From the human T2T-CHM13v2.0 reference genome, Homo sapiens, in assembly GCA_009914755.4 (NCBI GenBank), contig CP086569.2, positions 3,776,001 to 3,840,000 of the forward strand: a DNA stretch of 64,000 nucleotides, written 5' to 3'. The position numbers and the translations under genes are program-made. Below are positions 36,690 to 49,800 of the stretch, piece by piece. The notes beneath the pieces are model-generated. The model did no database searches. It was not told the origin of the DNA and saw only the letters and a list, made by a program, of their open reading frames with translations. Numbering within the stretch: position 1 is the stretch's first letter; each line of letters opens with the position of its first letter.

Positions 36690-39600
36690 TTCCATTTTTA
36701 TTTTAGGTTCAAGAGGTATATGTGCAGATTTCTTTCACAGGTAAATTGAATGTCACGGGGATTTGGTGTACCGATAATGTCATCATTCAGGTAATACACA
36801 TAGTATCTGATAGGTTTTTGATTATCGCTTTCTTCCTAACCTCGAGCGTCAAGTAGGACCTTGCATCCAGTGTTCCCTTTTTTCGTGTCCATGTGTACTC
36901 AATGATTAAATCCCACTTATAAGTAAAAACATATGGTATTTGGTTTTCTGTTCCTGTATTAGTTTGCTTAGGATAATGGCCTACAATTTTATTGAACTTT
37001 CACATTCCTCATTAGCTGTTGACAATGTTGGGTAATATGATTCATCCAGCTTTGTTCATTTGGCTTTTTAGGATCTTTTTTGATTCCATATGATTTTTTG
37101 AATAGCTTTTTTTTATTCTGTGAAAAATTTTATTGGTAGTTTGATAGGTATAGCGTTGAATCTCTAAATTCTTTGGGAAGTATGGTTATTTAACAATATT
37201 AATTATTCCTATCCATGAGCATGAAATTGTGTCATCTCTGAATTCTTTCAGCAGTGTTTTCTGATTCTGATTAAAGAGAACTTTCACATTCCTCATTAGC
37301 TGTTGACAGTGTTGAATATTTGTCCCCATCCTAATCGCATGTTGAATTTTAATCGCCAGCGTTGGAGGTGGGGACTGGTGGAAGATGATTAGATAAGGGC
37401 AATGAAATCTCATGCGTTGGTGTTTTTCTCACAATATTGAGTGAGTTCTCATGAGATGTGGTTATTTAAAAGTATGTCAGTACTCCCCCCACCACTCCTG
37501 CTTTTGCCATGTGATATGCCTGGTCATGCTTCATCTTCTGGAATGAGTAAAATTTCCTGAGGGCTCCCCAGAAGCTGTGCAGATGTTGTCACCATGCTTC
37601 CTGTACAACCTTCAGAATCATAAGCTAATTAAACTTCTTCTCTTTGTAAATTACCCAGCCTCAGGTATTTCTTTATAGCAATAAAGAACAGCCTAATACA
37701 GAAAATTGGTACCAAGGGATGAGACGTTGTTACACATAAACCTTAAAAGGTGGAAGCAGCTTTGGAACTGGGCAATAGGTAGAGGTTGAGAGAGTTGGGT
37801 GGGCTCAGAAGAAGATAGGAATATTAAGGACAGTTTGGAACTCCTTAGAGACTGGTTAAATGATTGTATCCAAAATGCTTATAGTGAAATGAACAGTGAA
37901 GTCTAGATTGCTAAGGTCTCAGATAAAAAATGAGATACTTATGAGAAATTGAGGCAAAGGTTGTATGTTATGCCTTAGAAAACAACTTGGCTGCATTGTG
38001 TTTATACCCTGGGAATCTGTGAAAGTTTGAATTTGAGAGTGATGATTTAGGGTATCTGGTAGAAGACATTTCTAAGCAGCAAAACATTCAAGATATGGCC
38101 TGGCTACTGCTAACAGCTCATGCTGAGATGTAGGACCAAAAAAAAATGTTTTAAAGTCAGAACTTATATTGAAAAGGAAAGTAGAACATGAAAGTTTAGG
38201 AAATTTGTAGGTTTGTCTTGTGGAAGAGAAATAAAAAGCATTTTCAGGGGAATAATTCAAGCTGGCCGTGGAGCAACAACTTACTAGAGAGACTGGCATA
38301 AATAAAAAAGAATCAGGGGAAAGACAATGGGAAAAAGATCTTGAAAGTGTTTCAGAGATCTAGGAAGTAGCCCTTCCAAACACAGGCTCTGAGGCCTATG
38401 AGGACTGAGTTGTTTTGTGGGGCAAGCCCAGCTCTTCACTGCCCTCCACAGCCTCGGAACATTGCTCCTTGTATTGTGGTAACTTTGTCTCCAAACTCAC
38501 CTCAAAGGGCTCCAGATAGAGCTTGGGCTACTGCTTCAGATGGCAAAAGCCATAATCCATAACAGCTTCCATGTAGTTAAGCCTGCAAGTATGCAGAGTG
38601 CAAGAGTAAAGGAGGCTTGGTACCCACTGCCTAGATTTCAGGGGATGTATGAGAAAAGCTGAGTGCCCTGGCAGAAGCTTGCTACAGGGACAGAGCCCTC
38701 ACAGAGAAGCTCTACTAGGGTAGTTCCAAGGAGAAATGTGGGTTTGGAGCCCCACACAGAGCCCCCAGCAGGGCACACCCTAGTGGAGCTGTGAGAAGGA
38801 AGCCAGTGTCTTTCAGCTTCCATAATGGTGAATCTACTGGCAGTTTTCTCCCTGCATCTGGAAAATCTGCTTGTACTCAACAACCCGTGAGCCTCCATGG
38901 AGCTGAACCCTGCAAAGCCAGAGCTGCACAGCTGTCCAAGCCTTTGGGAGCCCACTTTTTGCACCATTGTGCTCTAGATATGTGTCATGTAGTAAAATGA
39001 GATTTTTTGGAGCTTTAAGATTTAAGGACTGCCCTGCTGGGTTTTGAACTGGCATGAGTCCTGTAATCCCCTTCTTTTGGATGTTTTCTCTATTTTGGAA
39101 CAATATTGTTTACCCAATGACTATACTTCCATTGTAATTTGGAACTAAACCACTTGTTTGTGATTTTACAGGCTTATAGGTGGAAGAAACTTGCCTAATC
39201 TCCATTAAGTTTTTAGACTTGGGCTTGAGACTTTTAAGATAATGCTGCAATGAGTTAAGACTTTGGGGGAATATTGAGGAGGTGTATTTATATTTTTCAA
39301 CGTGAGAAGGACATGAACTTCGAAAGGAGCAGGTGCATATTAATATAGTTTGAATATTCATCTCCACATAAATCTCATGTTGAATTGTAATTCCCAGTGT
39401 TGGAGCTATCAATGAGCCTAGTTGGAGGCTATTGGATCATGAGAGTGAATCACTCTTGGCTTGGTGCTTTCCTCACTATAATGAATGAGTTCTCATAAAA
39501 TCTGGCTGTTTGAAATTATGTGTCACCTCCCCACTCCTTTTGCTCCTGATTTTTTCATGCAACATGCCTGCTCCTGCTTTACCTTCTGCCATTAGTAAAA

Positions 39601-42600
39601 GCTCTCTGAGGCATTCTCAGAATATGAGCACATGCCAGCATCATGATTCCTGTATACCCTGCAGAACTGAGAGCCTATTAAACTTATTTTCTTTATAAAT
39701 TACCCAGCCTCAGGTATTTCTTTATAGCAATGCATGAACAGCCCAATACAGTTGTATTCTTGATATTTTATTTTTCTGATCATTGTGAATGTGATTGCAT
39801 TCTTGATTTGGCACTTAGCTTGGATGTTATTGATGTATAGAAATACTACTGATTTTTATACATTAATTTTGTATCCTGGAACTTGCTGAAGTACTTTATC
39901 AGATCTATCAGCTTTTGGGCAAAGTTTATGGGGTTTTCTAGGCATTAAATCATATCATCTGAAAACAGAGATAGATTGATTTTCTTTCTTCCTATTTGGA
40001 TGCCTTTTATTTCTTTCTCCTCTTGCCTGACTGTTCTGGCTAGGACTTCCAATACTATATTGAATAGGAGTGGCAAGAGTCAGCATCTTTGTCTCATTTC
40101 AGTTCTCAAGGGGAATGCTTCCAGATTTTGCCCATTCAGTATGATGTTACCTGTGGGTTTGTCACAGGTGGCTCTTGGTATTTTGAAGTATATTCCTTTG
40201 ATGCCTAGTTTATTAAGCGTTTTTAACATATAAGAATGCTTCATCTCAATACATGCAAAAGCCTTTTTTGCATGTATTGAGATAATCATATAGTTTTGGT
40301 TTTTAATATTTTTTATGCAATAAATCACATTTATTGATTTGGGTATTTTGAACAAATCTTGCATCCCAGGGATAAAGCCTACTTGATCGTGGTGGATTCG
40401 CCTTTTCATGTGCTGCTGCATTCAGTTTGCTAGTATTTTGGTGAAGATGTTTGCATCTATGTTCATCAAGGATATGGACCTTAAGTTCTTTTTGTTGTTT
40501 TTTTTTTTTTGTCTCTGCCAAGTTTTGGTTCTGAGTGATGATGGCCTCATAGAAGGAGTTAGGGAGGCATTCCTCTAACACACTTTTTAGAAGTGTTTCA
40601 GTAGGAATGGTACCAGCTTTTCTTTGTACGTCTTGTGTAATTTGTCTGTGAATCCTTCTTGTGCAGGCTTTTTCTGATTGGTAGGGTTCTTATTACTGAT
40701 TCTATTTTGGAACACATTGTTAGTTTTGTTCAGGTGTCAATTTCTTACTGGATCAATCTTGTGAGATTGTGTATTTCTAAGGATTTATTTACTCCTTGTA
40801 GGTTTTCTAATTTGTGGGCAGAGATGTGTTCATAATAATCTCTGAGAGTGTTTCTGTATTTCTGTGAGGTCAGTGGTTATGTCTCCTTTGTCATTCCCGA
40901 TTGTGTTTAATTATATCTTCTTTGTCTTTTTATTAGTCTAGCTAGTGGTCTATCAATCTTATTTGAAAAAAAACAAACCTCTGGTTTCATTGATCTTTTG
41001 CATGGTTTTTCTCCTCTCAATTTCCTTCATTTCAACTGTGATTTTGGTTATTTCTTGTCTTCTACCTTTAAGGTTGGTTTGGTCTTACTTCTCTAGTTCT
41101 CTAGGTGTAATATTAGGTTGTTGATTTGAGATCTTTCTGACTTTTTGATGTGGTTATTTAGGTCTATAAGCTCTCCTCTTTAAACAGCTTTAGCTGTGTC
41201 CCAGATATTTTGATATGTTGCATCTTTGTTTTCATTAGTTTCAAAAAATTTCTTGATTTCTGCCTTAATTTCATTATTTACCCAGACGTCATGCAGGAGC
41301 AGATTGTTTAATTTCTATGTAATTGTATGGTTTGGAATGATCTCAGTATTGATTTCTATTTTTATTGTGTCGTGGTTTAAGAGTGTGATTGTTATAATTT
41401 TTTTTTTTTAATTGGCTGAGAATTGTTTTAGGGCAGACTTCATGGTCAATTTCAGAGTATGGGCTATGAGCAAATGAAAAGAATGTATACTCTGTTGGTT
41501 TCATGTGGAGAGATTTGTAGATATCTGTTAGGTTGTTTTGGCCAAGTGTCGAGTTCAGCTCCCAAATGTCTTTGTGGGATTAGAATTCTTTAGGTATCTC
41601 TTAGCTTCTTTTGGTCAAGTGTTAAGTACAGCTCCCAAATTTTTTTTGTTAGTTTTCTCCCTCAATTATCTGTCTAATACTGCCAGTACAGTGTTGAAGT
41701 TTTTCATTATTATTATGTGGTTATCCAAGTCTCTTTGTAGGCCTCTAAGAACTTGTTTTATGAATCTGGGTGCTCCTGTGTTGGGTGCAAATATATATTT
41801 GGGGATAGGTGAGTCTTGCTGAATTGAAAACTTTACCATTATGTAACGCCCTTCTGTGCCTTTTCTGATCATTGTTAAAGTCTATTTTGTCTGAAATTAG
41901 ATTACCAACCTCTGCTTTTTTTGTTGTTTTCCATTTGCTTGGTAGATTTTTCTCCATCCCTTTAATTTGAGCTCATGGGTGTCTTTGCATGTGAGACGGA
42001 TCTCTTGAAGATACCATACAATTGGGTCTTGCTTCTTTTTCAAACTTTCCCCTCTGTGTTTTCAATTGGGGGATTTAGCCAGTTTATATTTAAGGTTAAC
42101 ATTGATATGTGAGGATTTGTTCCTATCATCGTGCTGTTAGCTGATTATTATGCAGACTTGATTGTGTAGTTGCCTTATAGTGTCGATGGTCTGTGTACTT
42201 AAGTGTATTTTTGTGGTGGCTAATAATGGTCTCTCATTTCCATATTTAGCACTCCCATAGTGACTTCCTGTAAGGAGGTCTGATGGTAACACATTTCCTT
42301 AGCATTTGCTTGTCTGAAAAGGATCTTTTTTCTCCTTTGCATACGAAGCTTAGTTTGGCTGCATATAAAATTCTTGGTTGGAACTTATTTTCTTAAGAAT
42401 GCTGAATATAGGTCCTCAATCTCTACTGGCTTGTAGGGTTTCTGCTGAGAGATTCACTGTTAGCCTGATGGGGCACCCTTTGTTGATGATCTGCCTCTTC
42501 TCTCTAGCTGCCTTCAATATATTTTCTTTCATGTCGACCTTGGAGAATCTGATGTCTATATGTCTTGAGTATGGTCAGCTTGTACAGTATCCTGTATGGG

Positions 42601-43400
42601 TTCTCTGCATTTTTAAAATTTGAATGTTGGCTTCTCTAATGAGGATGGAAAAATTTTGGTGGATGATATCATGAAACATGTTTTTTTGTTGTTGCTCACT
42701 TTTTCTCTCTTTTAGGTATACCAATGAGTTATATATTTGGTCTCTTTATGTAATCCTATGCTTTTGGCTTTTTGAAGGTTTTGTTCATTTTTTTACATTA
42801 TTTTTTTCTTTACTTTTGTCTGGGTAAATTCAGAGAACTAGTCTTCAAGCTCTGAGATTATATCCACAGCTTGGTCTATTCTGCTATCAATATTTGTGAT
42901 TGTATTATGAAATGTTTGTGGTGAGTTTTTCAGCCTTATCAGATCATTTTGGTTCTTTCTCTTTCAGCTCCTGTACTGTTTTGTTGTATTCCTTAGATTC
43001 CTTGAATTGGGTTTCAACTTTCTACTAAATCCCAATGATCTTCATTCTGACCCATATTATGAATTCTATGTTTGTCATTTTAGCCATTTCAGCCTGGTTG
43101 AGAACCATTGCTAGGGGAACTACTGCTATCATTTGCAGGTAAATTTAGATTTTTGAGTTGCTGGAGTTCTTGCACTGGTTCTTATGTGTGTGGGTGTATG
43201 ATCCTTTAATCTTTGAAGTTGCTGGCTTTTGCATGGGGTTTTTTGCTTTTATCTTCTTTGGTGCCCTTGGGGATTTGATTGTGGTATAAAGTATATTCAG
43301 TTGACTAGCTTTTATCCTAGAAGATTTTAGGGGTTTAAGTCTCAGCTCAGCACTCCTGGGCTATATGCTCTAACTTTGGTAGGTTGGTACTGGAAAGGTA
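36690..43400 (-). mobile_element. LINE-1 (L1PA/L1PB-like), antisense: 3'UTR plus ORF2 (RT and EN) plus ORF1 region. It is interrupted by a full-length MaLR element at 37310-39751 and carries an internal deletion/rearrangement near 36990-37040
   Basis: Antisense 3' end 'cccacttataagtaaaaacatatggtatttggttttctgttcctgtattagtttgcttaggataatggcct'. Antisense ORF2 C-terminal region 'ggtagtttgataggtatagcgttgaatctctaaattctttgggaagtatggttatttaacaatattaattattcctatccatgagcatg'. After the MaLR insertion comes 'attcttgatttggcacttagcttggatgttattgatgtatagaaatactactgatttttatacattaattttgtatcctg'. Minus-strand ORF-track peptides 40080-40421 ('[13 protein letters not shown]...[66 protein letters not shown]') and 40303-40581 are L1 ORF2 reverse-transcriptase fragments. 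The 5' end, near 43400, is uncertain. Confidence 0.75.
37310..39751 (+). mobile_element. Full-length MaLR retrotransposon (THE1/MST-like): 5' LTR ~37310-37701, internal ~37702-39343, 3' LTR ~39344-39751
   Basis: Both LTRs end '...ttacccagcctcaggtatttctttatagcaat[a/g]...cagc[c/t]caatacag' and share 'aaatctcatg[c/t]ttg...gagttctcat[g/a]a[g/a]atc...'. The internal region begins 'aaaattggtaccaagggatgagacgttgttacacataaaccttaaaaggtggaagcagctttggaactgggcaatagg' (THE1-int-like) and contains 'cagcttccatgtagttaagcctgcaagtatgcagagtgc'. Internal ORFs 38638-38967(-), 38791-39000(+) and 38834-39103(-) are non-coding remnants. Confidence 0.85.
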
Positions 43401-44339
43401 TTTAAAGGTACTGTTGGCATTTTTTACTTGGGAGAATACATATATATTGGTGTCATTCAATGTAATAGGACACATAGAAGAATAAAGTAATATATAATGG
43501 GAGGTGACATCTCATTTAAATTTATTGGTGGTGCTTGTAGAATAAATGAGTAAAAACAAATGATGCAAAGAATGCATACAAAATATGTAGGCAATAATGC
43601 CTAGAGTTTTTAGCTGCCTAAGAATATTTCATGCCTTCACCTTATATTTATAGGAAAAACAAAAAGCAGATTTTCTTTGTACACCATATTTATAATTTTA
43701 TCAATATTTCTTGAACTGAATTTCAATGTTGGTTAGAAATTTATGTAAACTATTCTGTATATATCATACAGAGAAAGACTCTTTAGGCTATTGGCTCTTG
43801 ATATGTTAGTATTATCTTAATTCAAATTTGTTTAAAATTTCTACAATAGGAAATATGAACATTTCAGACAAATACTCAAAGAAAAATATTAGAAATTGGA
43901 AGTAAGAAATTTCAGCCTAATGTGCTAATAAATACAGGACTTGGCAGTAGTCGCTCTGTCTGACAAGTAAAATGCTGAAAAAACTAAAAATCAGAGACTC
44001 TTCATAGATCCATCAAATAACAGAAGTCAAAAAAAAAACACACACTATTTTTCAAATTGGAAACACATTCTAGTGAATATGATGAATCACAACTTATTCG
44101 AATAAAATTAAAAGCAAACACTTCGTGGATATTAGTAATGGGGTAGAAAACCCTACTCCCAAATTATACTGTAATTGACAAATTGATGGAAGCTAAGCGT
44201 GGACAAGACTGGGAGCTAAAAGGAAAAACACCTTCAAGGAGGCCTGGTCTTAGGAGGCCCTCAAACTTTTATGCATTTTACCTCTTGGATACATCCCACA
44301 TTTCCACAGTAAAGATAATGGGTGTACTTCTGGCAGGGT

Positions 44340-46578
44340 GAGGAAAAAATTAGATATTTTTAAATACACCTAGAGCATTCTCTTCCTTTTAAGAAGGCCT
44401 GCTTGGTGGCAATCTCCTCCATGTTTTCTCTCTCTCCTACTGTGATGTAAGACGTGCCTTGCTTTTCCTTTGCCTCCTGCCATGATTGTAAGATTGTTGA
44501 GGTCTCTCCAACCATGTGGAACTGTGAATTAATTAAACCTCTTTTGTTTATAAATTACCCAGTCTCAGGTAGTGTCTTTATAGCAGTGTGAGAATGGACT
44601 AATATAGAGAATTGGTAGTAGGATTTGGGTACTGTTATAAAGATGACCTGAAAATGTGGAAGCGACTTTAGAACTGGGTAACAGGCAGAGTTTGGAACAG
44701 TTTTGAGGGCTCAGAAAAAGACAGAAATACGTGGAAAATTTTGGAACTTCCTAGAGATTTGTTGAATGGTTTTGGCCACAATGCTGATAGTGATATGGAC
44801 AATAAAGTCCAGGCTGAGGTGGCCTCAGATAGAGATGAGGAATTTGTTGGGAACTGGAGCAAAGGTCACTCTTGCTATGCTATGCTTTAGCAAAGAGATT
44901 GGTAGCATTTTGCCCCTTCCCTAGAGATCCATTCAACTTTGAACTTGAGAGAGATAATTTAGGGTATCTGGCAGAAGAAATTTTTAAGCAGTAAAACATT
45001 CAAGAGGTTACCTGGCTTATTCTGAAAGCATTCACTTATATGCATTCACAAAGAGATGGTTTGAAATGGGAACTTATGTTTAAAAAGGAAGCAGAGCATA
45101 AAGGTTTGGAAAATTTGCAGGCTGACCATGTGGTAGAAAAGAATAACCCATGTTCTTGGGAGGAATACAAGCTGGCTGCAGAAATTTGCATAAGTAGCGA
45201 GGAGTCGAATGTTAACCACCAAGACAATGGGGCAAAGGTCTCTAGGGCATTTCGGAGATCTTCATGGCAGCTCTTCCCATCACAGGCCTGGAGGCTGAGG
45301 AGGGAAAAATGGTTTTGTGGCCCAGGCATTTGGCCCTGCTACTCTGTGCAGCCCCAGAAGTTGGTGCCCTACATCCAAGCCACTCCAGCTTCACCCATGC
45401 ATAAAAGGGACAAACATGCAGCCCAGGCCATCACTTCAGAGGGTGAAAGCCCGAAGCCTTGGCAACTTCCACATGGTGTTGGGCCTGTAGGTGCACTGAA
45501 GCCAAGAGTTGAGGTTTGGGAACCTCAACCTAGATTTGAGAGGATGTATGGAAAGGCCTGGATGTCCAGACAGAAATCTGCTGCAGGGGCATAACCTTCA
45601 TGGAGCACCTCTATTATGGCAATGCAGAGGGGAAATGTGGGGTTGGAGCTTCCACACAGAGTCCCCACTGGGGCACCACTTAGTGGAGCTGTGAGAAGAC
45701 AGCCACCATCCTCTAGATCTCAGGATGGTAGTTCCACTGACAGCTTGCACAATGCACCTGGAAAAGACACAGGCACTCAATGCCAGCCTATGAAAGTAGC
45801 TGCAGGGGATGTACCATGCAGAGCCACAAGGGCAGAGCTACCCAAGTCATTGGGAGCCAACCCCTTGCATCAGCATTACCTGGGTATAAGACATGGAGTT
45901 AAAATAGATTATTTTGGAGCTTTAAGATTTAATAGCTGCTTGCTGGGTTTCAGACTTGCATGGAGCCTGTGACACCTTTGGTCAATTTGGAAGGGGAATA
46001 TTTATGCAATTACTGAACCCCCATTGTACCTTGGAAGGAACTAACTCACTTTTTATTTTACAGGCTCATAGGTGAAAGGGACTTGCCTTGTCTTAGATGA
46101 AACTTTGGACTTGGACTTTTGAGTTAATGCTGGAATGAGTTAAGACTTTGGGGGACTGTTGAGAAGGCATAATTGGTTTTTCAATGTGAAAAGGACATGA
46201 GACTTAGGAGGAGCCAGAGTAGCATAACATGGTTTGGTTCTGTGTCCCCACCCAAATTTCATCTCGAATCCCCACTTGTCCAGGCAGGGACCTGGTTGCA
46301 GGTGATTGGATGATGTAGGAGGTTTCTCCCATGCTGTTCTTTTGACAGTGAGAGAGTTCTCAGGAGATCTGATGGTTTAAAAGTAGCAGTGCCTCCTCTG
46401 TGTTCTCTCTTTTTTTTCCACCACGTATGATGTGCCTTGCTTCCCCTTTGCCTTTCACAATAATTTTAAGTTTCCTAAGGCCTCCCCAGCCATGCAGAAC
46501 TGTAAGTAAATTAAACATCTTTTGTTTATAAGTTACCCAGTCTCAGGTAGTAGCTTTATAGCAGTGTGAAAATAGACT
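44340..46578 (+). mobile_element. Second MaLR retrotransposon (THE1/MST-like): partial or diverged 5' LTR ~44340-44610, internal ~44610-46210, 3' LTR ~46210-46578
   Basis: 3' LTR: 'tagcataacatggtttggttctgtgtccccacccaaatttcatctcgaatccccacttgtccaggcagggacctggttgcaggtgattggatgatgtaggagg...gcagaactgtaagtaaattaaacatcttttgtttataagttacccagtctcaggtagtagctttatagcagtgtgaaaatagactgagacag'. The 5' LTR shares '...ccatgattgtaagattgttgaggtctctccaaccatgtggaactgtgaattaattaaacctcttttgtttataaattacccagtctcaggtagtgtctttatagcagtgtgagaatggactaatatag'. The internal region is colinear with the 37702-39343 internal ('gaaaatgtggaagcgactttagaactgggtaacaggcagag'). The 184-aa ORF 45040-45594(+) lies in this internal region; it is a remnant, not a gene. 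Confidence 0.8.
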
Positions 46579-47171
46579 GAGACAGTAATTTAAACAACAG
46601 CCAAGAAAGCTAGAGTCCAGAGATGTTTAGTTTCCCTATGGAAACTATGGCCCTATGGAAACCCCCCACTGAGGACCCCCACCAAATGGATCCACTGACA
46701 TGTAATGCTCAGATAGGGGGGCATTGAAGACTGGATTGTGACCACCATTCTCTGTAATATATTCTTTTTTGAGGGGTTTGGAAGAACTCACACTTCTGAG
46801 ACAGTTAAGATTTTTTTCTGCTGACCACAAATTATTAAACAAAGCTTTGCTTCCTTAACCAATTGCAAATCCAAAAATCATTAAATCTACCTACAACCCG
46901 TAAGGTTCTACTTTAAGCTATCTCAACTTTTTAAGGCCAAAAACAATGTGTAACCTCTATCTATTGATTTAGTATTTTGCATGTAGCTTCTGCTTTTGTA
47001 AAATTTACCCCTGCCTTTTAAAATCTTGTCCTGCAAGACATCTGAGAGGTCCAGATTGGAGCAATAGCTTCTTGTCCCTCCTTGCTTGAAACCCTGCAAA
47101 AAAAATGCCACCTTTTCTATCACAGCAAAAACCTCAATGTGGATATGTGGTTTTACTGCACTGGGAAAATT

Positions 47172-47877
47172 TGTTAGTGGCAGCGAATCTGTATGATTCT
47201 GCAGCAACTTCAATTCTTGCCTCCTCAGAAGAAAAAATTCAAACGAGGGGCATAAGGCAGAAGAAGAGACTGAGGCAAGTTTTAGAGCAGGAGTGAAAAT
47301 TTGTGAAAATGCTTTAGAGCAGGAATGAAAGGAAGTAATGTACACTTGGAAGAGGGCCAAGTGGGCAACCTGAAAGACAGGTTCATGGTTTGACCTTTTG
47401 ACTTGGGGTTTTATATACTGGCATACATTCATGGTCTCACATCCTTTCTCCCCTGATTCCTCCCTTGTGGTGGGCTGTTGACAAGCACAGCAGCTTACCG
47501 GTACTTGGAATTTGATCATGCAGTGTGTTTACTGAAGTTGTAAGCATGCTCACTTGAGGTGTTCCTCCCTTACCAGACAAATACTCCTAGAAGGTCATTT
47601 ACCATTTAAACCCTGTCACTTTTCCTCTACATGTACATGGTTGAACTCAGCCATCCAACTCCTGAGATCTTATCAGGAAGCAGATGATCACCAGTTTCAG
47701 GTTTTTTTCTATCTCTAGGAAGACTGCCTTTCCCTGGTGCTGGCTGTGGCCAATTATTATTTTAGAGAGAGATAGTTAACAATCACATGACCATCACCTG
47801 ATGGTCTCCTGATATTCCTGGTCAGATGGAGCCCTCTCCTGCTCTGCTCATGCCTGACCAGCTACCTATTATAGCAT
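47172..47877. mobile_element. LTR-like repeat, family not identified ('LTR-Y', copy 1); the orientation of the LTR sense strand is unresolved
   Basis: About 700 bp, colinear ~75-80% identity with 57088-58125 after removing the Alu at 57341-57662. Both copies begin 'tgttag[t/c]gg...' and end '...gagccctctcctgc[t/c]ctgctcatgcctgac[c/t]a[g/t]ct[a/g]c[c/t]a[t/c]t[a/g]ta[g/a]ca' (TG...CA). They share 'cctcagaagaaa[a/g]aattcaa...gggcataagg[c/t]agaagaa[g/a]a...tttagagcaggag...tacacttggaagag[g/a]g[c/t]caag...ggtttgaccttttgacttggg' and 'gatcaccagtttcag[g/t]ttttttctatct[c/a]tag'. On the minus strand there is a TATA-like 'gtatataaaacccc' (complement of 47409-47424). Confidence 0.55.
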
Positions 47878-48239
47878 TTTCCCACTCATGATCTTAAGAC
47901 CCCAATTATTTGGAGAAAATGGACAAAGGTCAGTCTTCTATAACTCTTCACTGCTGACAAAGAGGCAGTGGATCGCTCTGTGGGTCTTGGCCTGTTGCTA
48001 GCTGTCAGGGCAGGAAGGTGGCTCCATGGGTGTTTGAATGTGGTATCCAGCCAGGGTCTAGGGAGACAGGGGCAGGATTTTGCCTCTGTTATGTCTCACT
48101 GACGGGCAGTCCAGGGGTCCCCTGTAGAAGAGTGACTCTGAATATTGAAAAGATGATATCCCTCACTGAGGATTATCTGGAGCTTGATAGCCTATACCTT
48201 TTGTTTCTTCTGAGGTACAAACAGTAATCACTAGTTGGC

Positions 48240-49800
48240 TCACAGGAATAAGCAGAGTTAGTCTAAATTGCAGACAAAAACTCAAAAAGAACTGATGAGA
48301 CTAGAATCTAATAATAAATGTACCATAGTGCTCGAAACATGATTTTTATCCCTCCAGTTCTCATTTTTATTTTAAAAAAACATTAAAGTAACTATTTGTT
48401 TGCAAAATAAAGTTTAGTTTTATGATACTTGGCAAATTATTGGCATAAAGCACAGAAAGTTTATTTTCTATATAGGCTCCTTTTTAAATTGACTTTGATG
48501 GATCTTCATTCCATAATGAATCTCATGCAAGAGTTTTCTTAAAGCCTTAAGCCCAGCCATGAATTGGTGCCATCAAATACCTGTATGATTGGGTAAATTC
48601 TTCTCCTCTTTAGGTCCTAAGATAACTTGAAGCTCCTGGGCCCATTAGAAAGTGACATTCTTTACTTACCAAAGGTCAGCAACCCTGTACAGGAACTGTG
48701 TAGACAAAGTATGAGGACAGTTTACCCAAGGGGTTTTATTGGCTCTATAAGTAAAATTTGATTCCTTAAGGGAAAGCATGCCATTCCAGTCAAAGCCTTG
48801 GTAAAATAACCAGATCCTCCAACTGTGTTCTGTTGTAAAAGAAACCAGATTCTTATTGCATTTATGCAAATAACTATATTGCCATTAGCTAAGAATACTC
48901 GCAAATAGCTTTCAAATTTTGAATAAATCCAGTAAGGAGAAATATGCTCCAAAGATTATTTATAGGAGTATATTTTACTGAATTGTTAAAAGATGTAAAT
49001 AACTCAAAAGAAAAGTTTTCCTGGCTTTGAAAAACAAAATACCAGCAACATTTTAAGCAAAAAGTCATGAAATAATTAATTTAGTTTTCTATTAGGTCAG
49101 GCCATGTGTACAGTTAACTTTTGTTCTGCTTGATATTCATAAACATTTCAGCTCTCCATGAGAGTCCTAAAAGTCTTTCCCTAATTCTAATGTCACAGTC
49201 TCCAAAGTCATCAGAATGCTGCATTCAAGAACACCTCTTAGATTTTTATAGCTGGTTATAAAACCACCTTCTGAAGAGGACCAAAAGAAAACAATAATTT
49301 CCTTGGATGACAAGACATCTTAGGGCAGCCTCTATTAAAGCCACAATTGACTAGGAATTTTGGTTACTTCTTTGGCATATTATAACAATTTTACCTAACA
49401 ATTATAATGATTAATAACATACAGTAATTAATATCAGAATTATAGAACAAATTGGAATAAATGCTCATAACACATTTATACAAATACAGCCCAAAGAAAG
49501 CCAAATATTACCTTCGCACTGGTGTACTGTTGATGTCAAACTTAGTTCTTAAAACCTTATAGACAAATCTATTCAATTTTAATCAGTCTGACTCTATGGT
49601 AAGATTCTCATAAACCTTTTACAACACTTTACAATTTTATTTGTTAAAGAGCATAACAATGCTCTAAGAAAACCCTGTTGTGGTTTTATTCCAATATTTA
49701 ATTTACAGAAAAACTGAATAATACTCCTTTATCTTTACCCAATAATTTCACACAAAAAATTTTTTTTTACAAGTTAATTTTTCACAAACCTTCCATGACT
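48240..49800 (-). repeat. Segment 'B': inverted paralog of segment A (8980-10700)
   Basis: Reverse complement of 48450-48960 reads '...tggttattttaccaaggctttgactggaatggcatgctttcccttaaggaatcaaattttacttatagagccaataaaaccccttgggtaaactgtcctcatactttgtctacacagttcctgtacagggttgctgacctttggtaagtaaagaatgtcactttct...'. Further colinear matches: 49340-49560 to A 9577-9795, and 48290-48450 to A 10520-10640. Confidence 0.6.

Noticed and set aside
45040-45594. 184-aa ORF on the + strand, the longest outside GC-rich DNA other than ORFs at LTR edges
   Set aside because: It lies entirely in the internal region of a THE1/MST-like MaLR element (44610-46210) and is colinear with the paralogous MaLR interior at 37702-39343, which has stops in the same frame. 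MaLR interiors are non-autonomous Gag-derived relics.
46923-47519. 198-aa minus-strand ORF, and the similar 175-aa ORF at 56588-57115, as candidate genes
   Set aside because: Each straddles the left boundary of one copy of the unnamed LTR family 'LTR-Y', in different registers. Both are low-complexity and Cys/Leu/Ser/Phe-rich with no recognisable domain, and neither is shared between the two homologous copies. They are chance ORFs.
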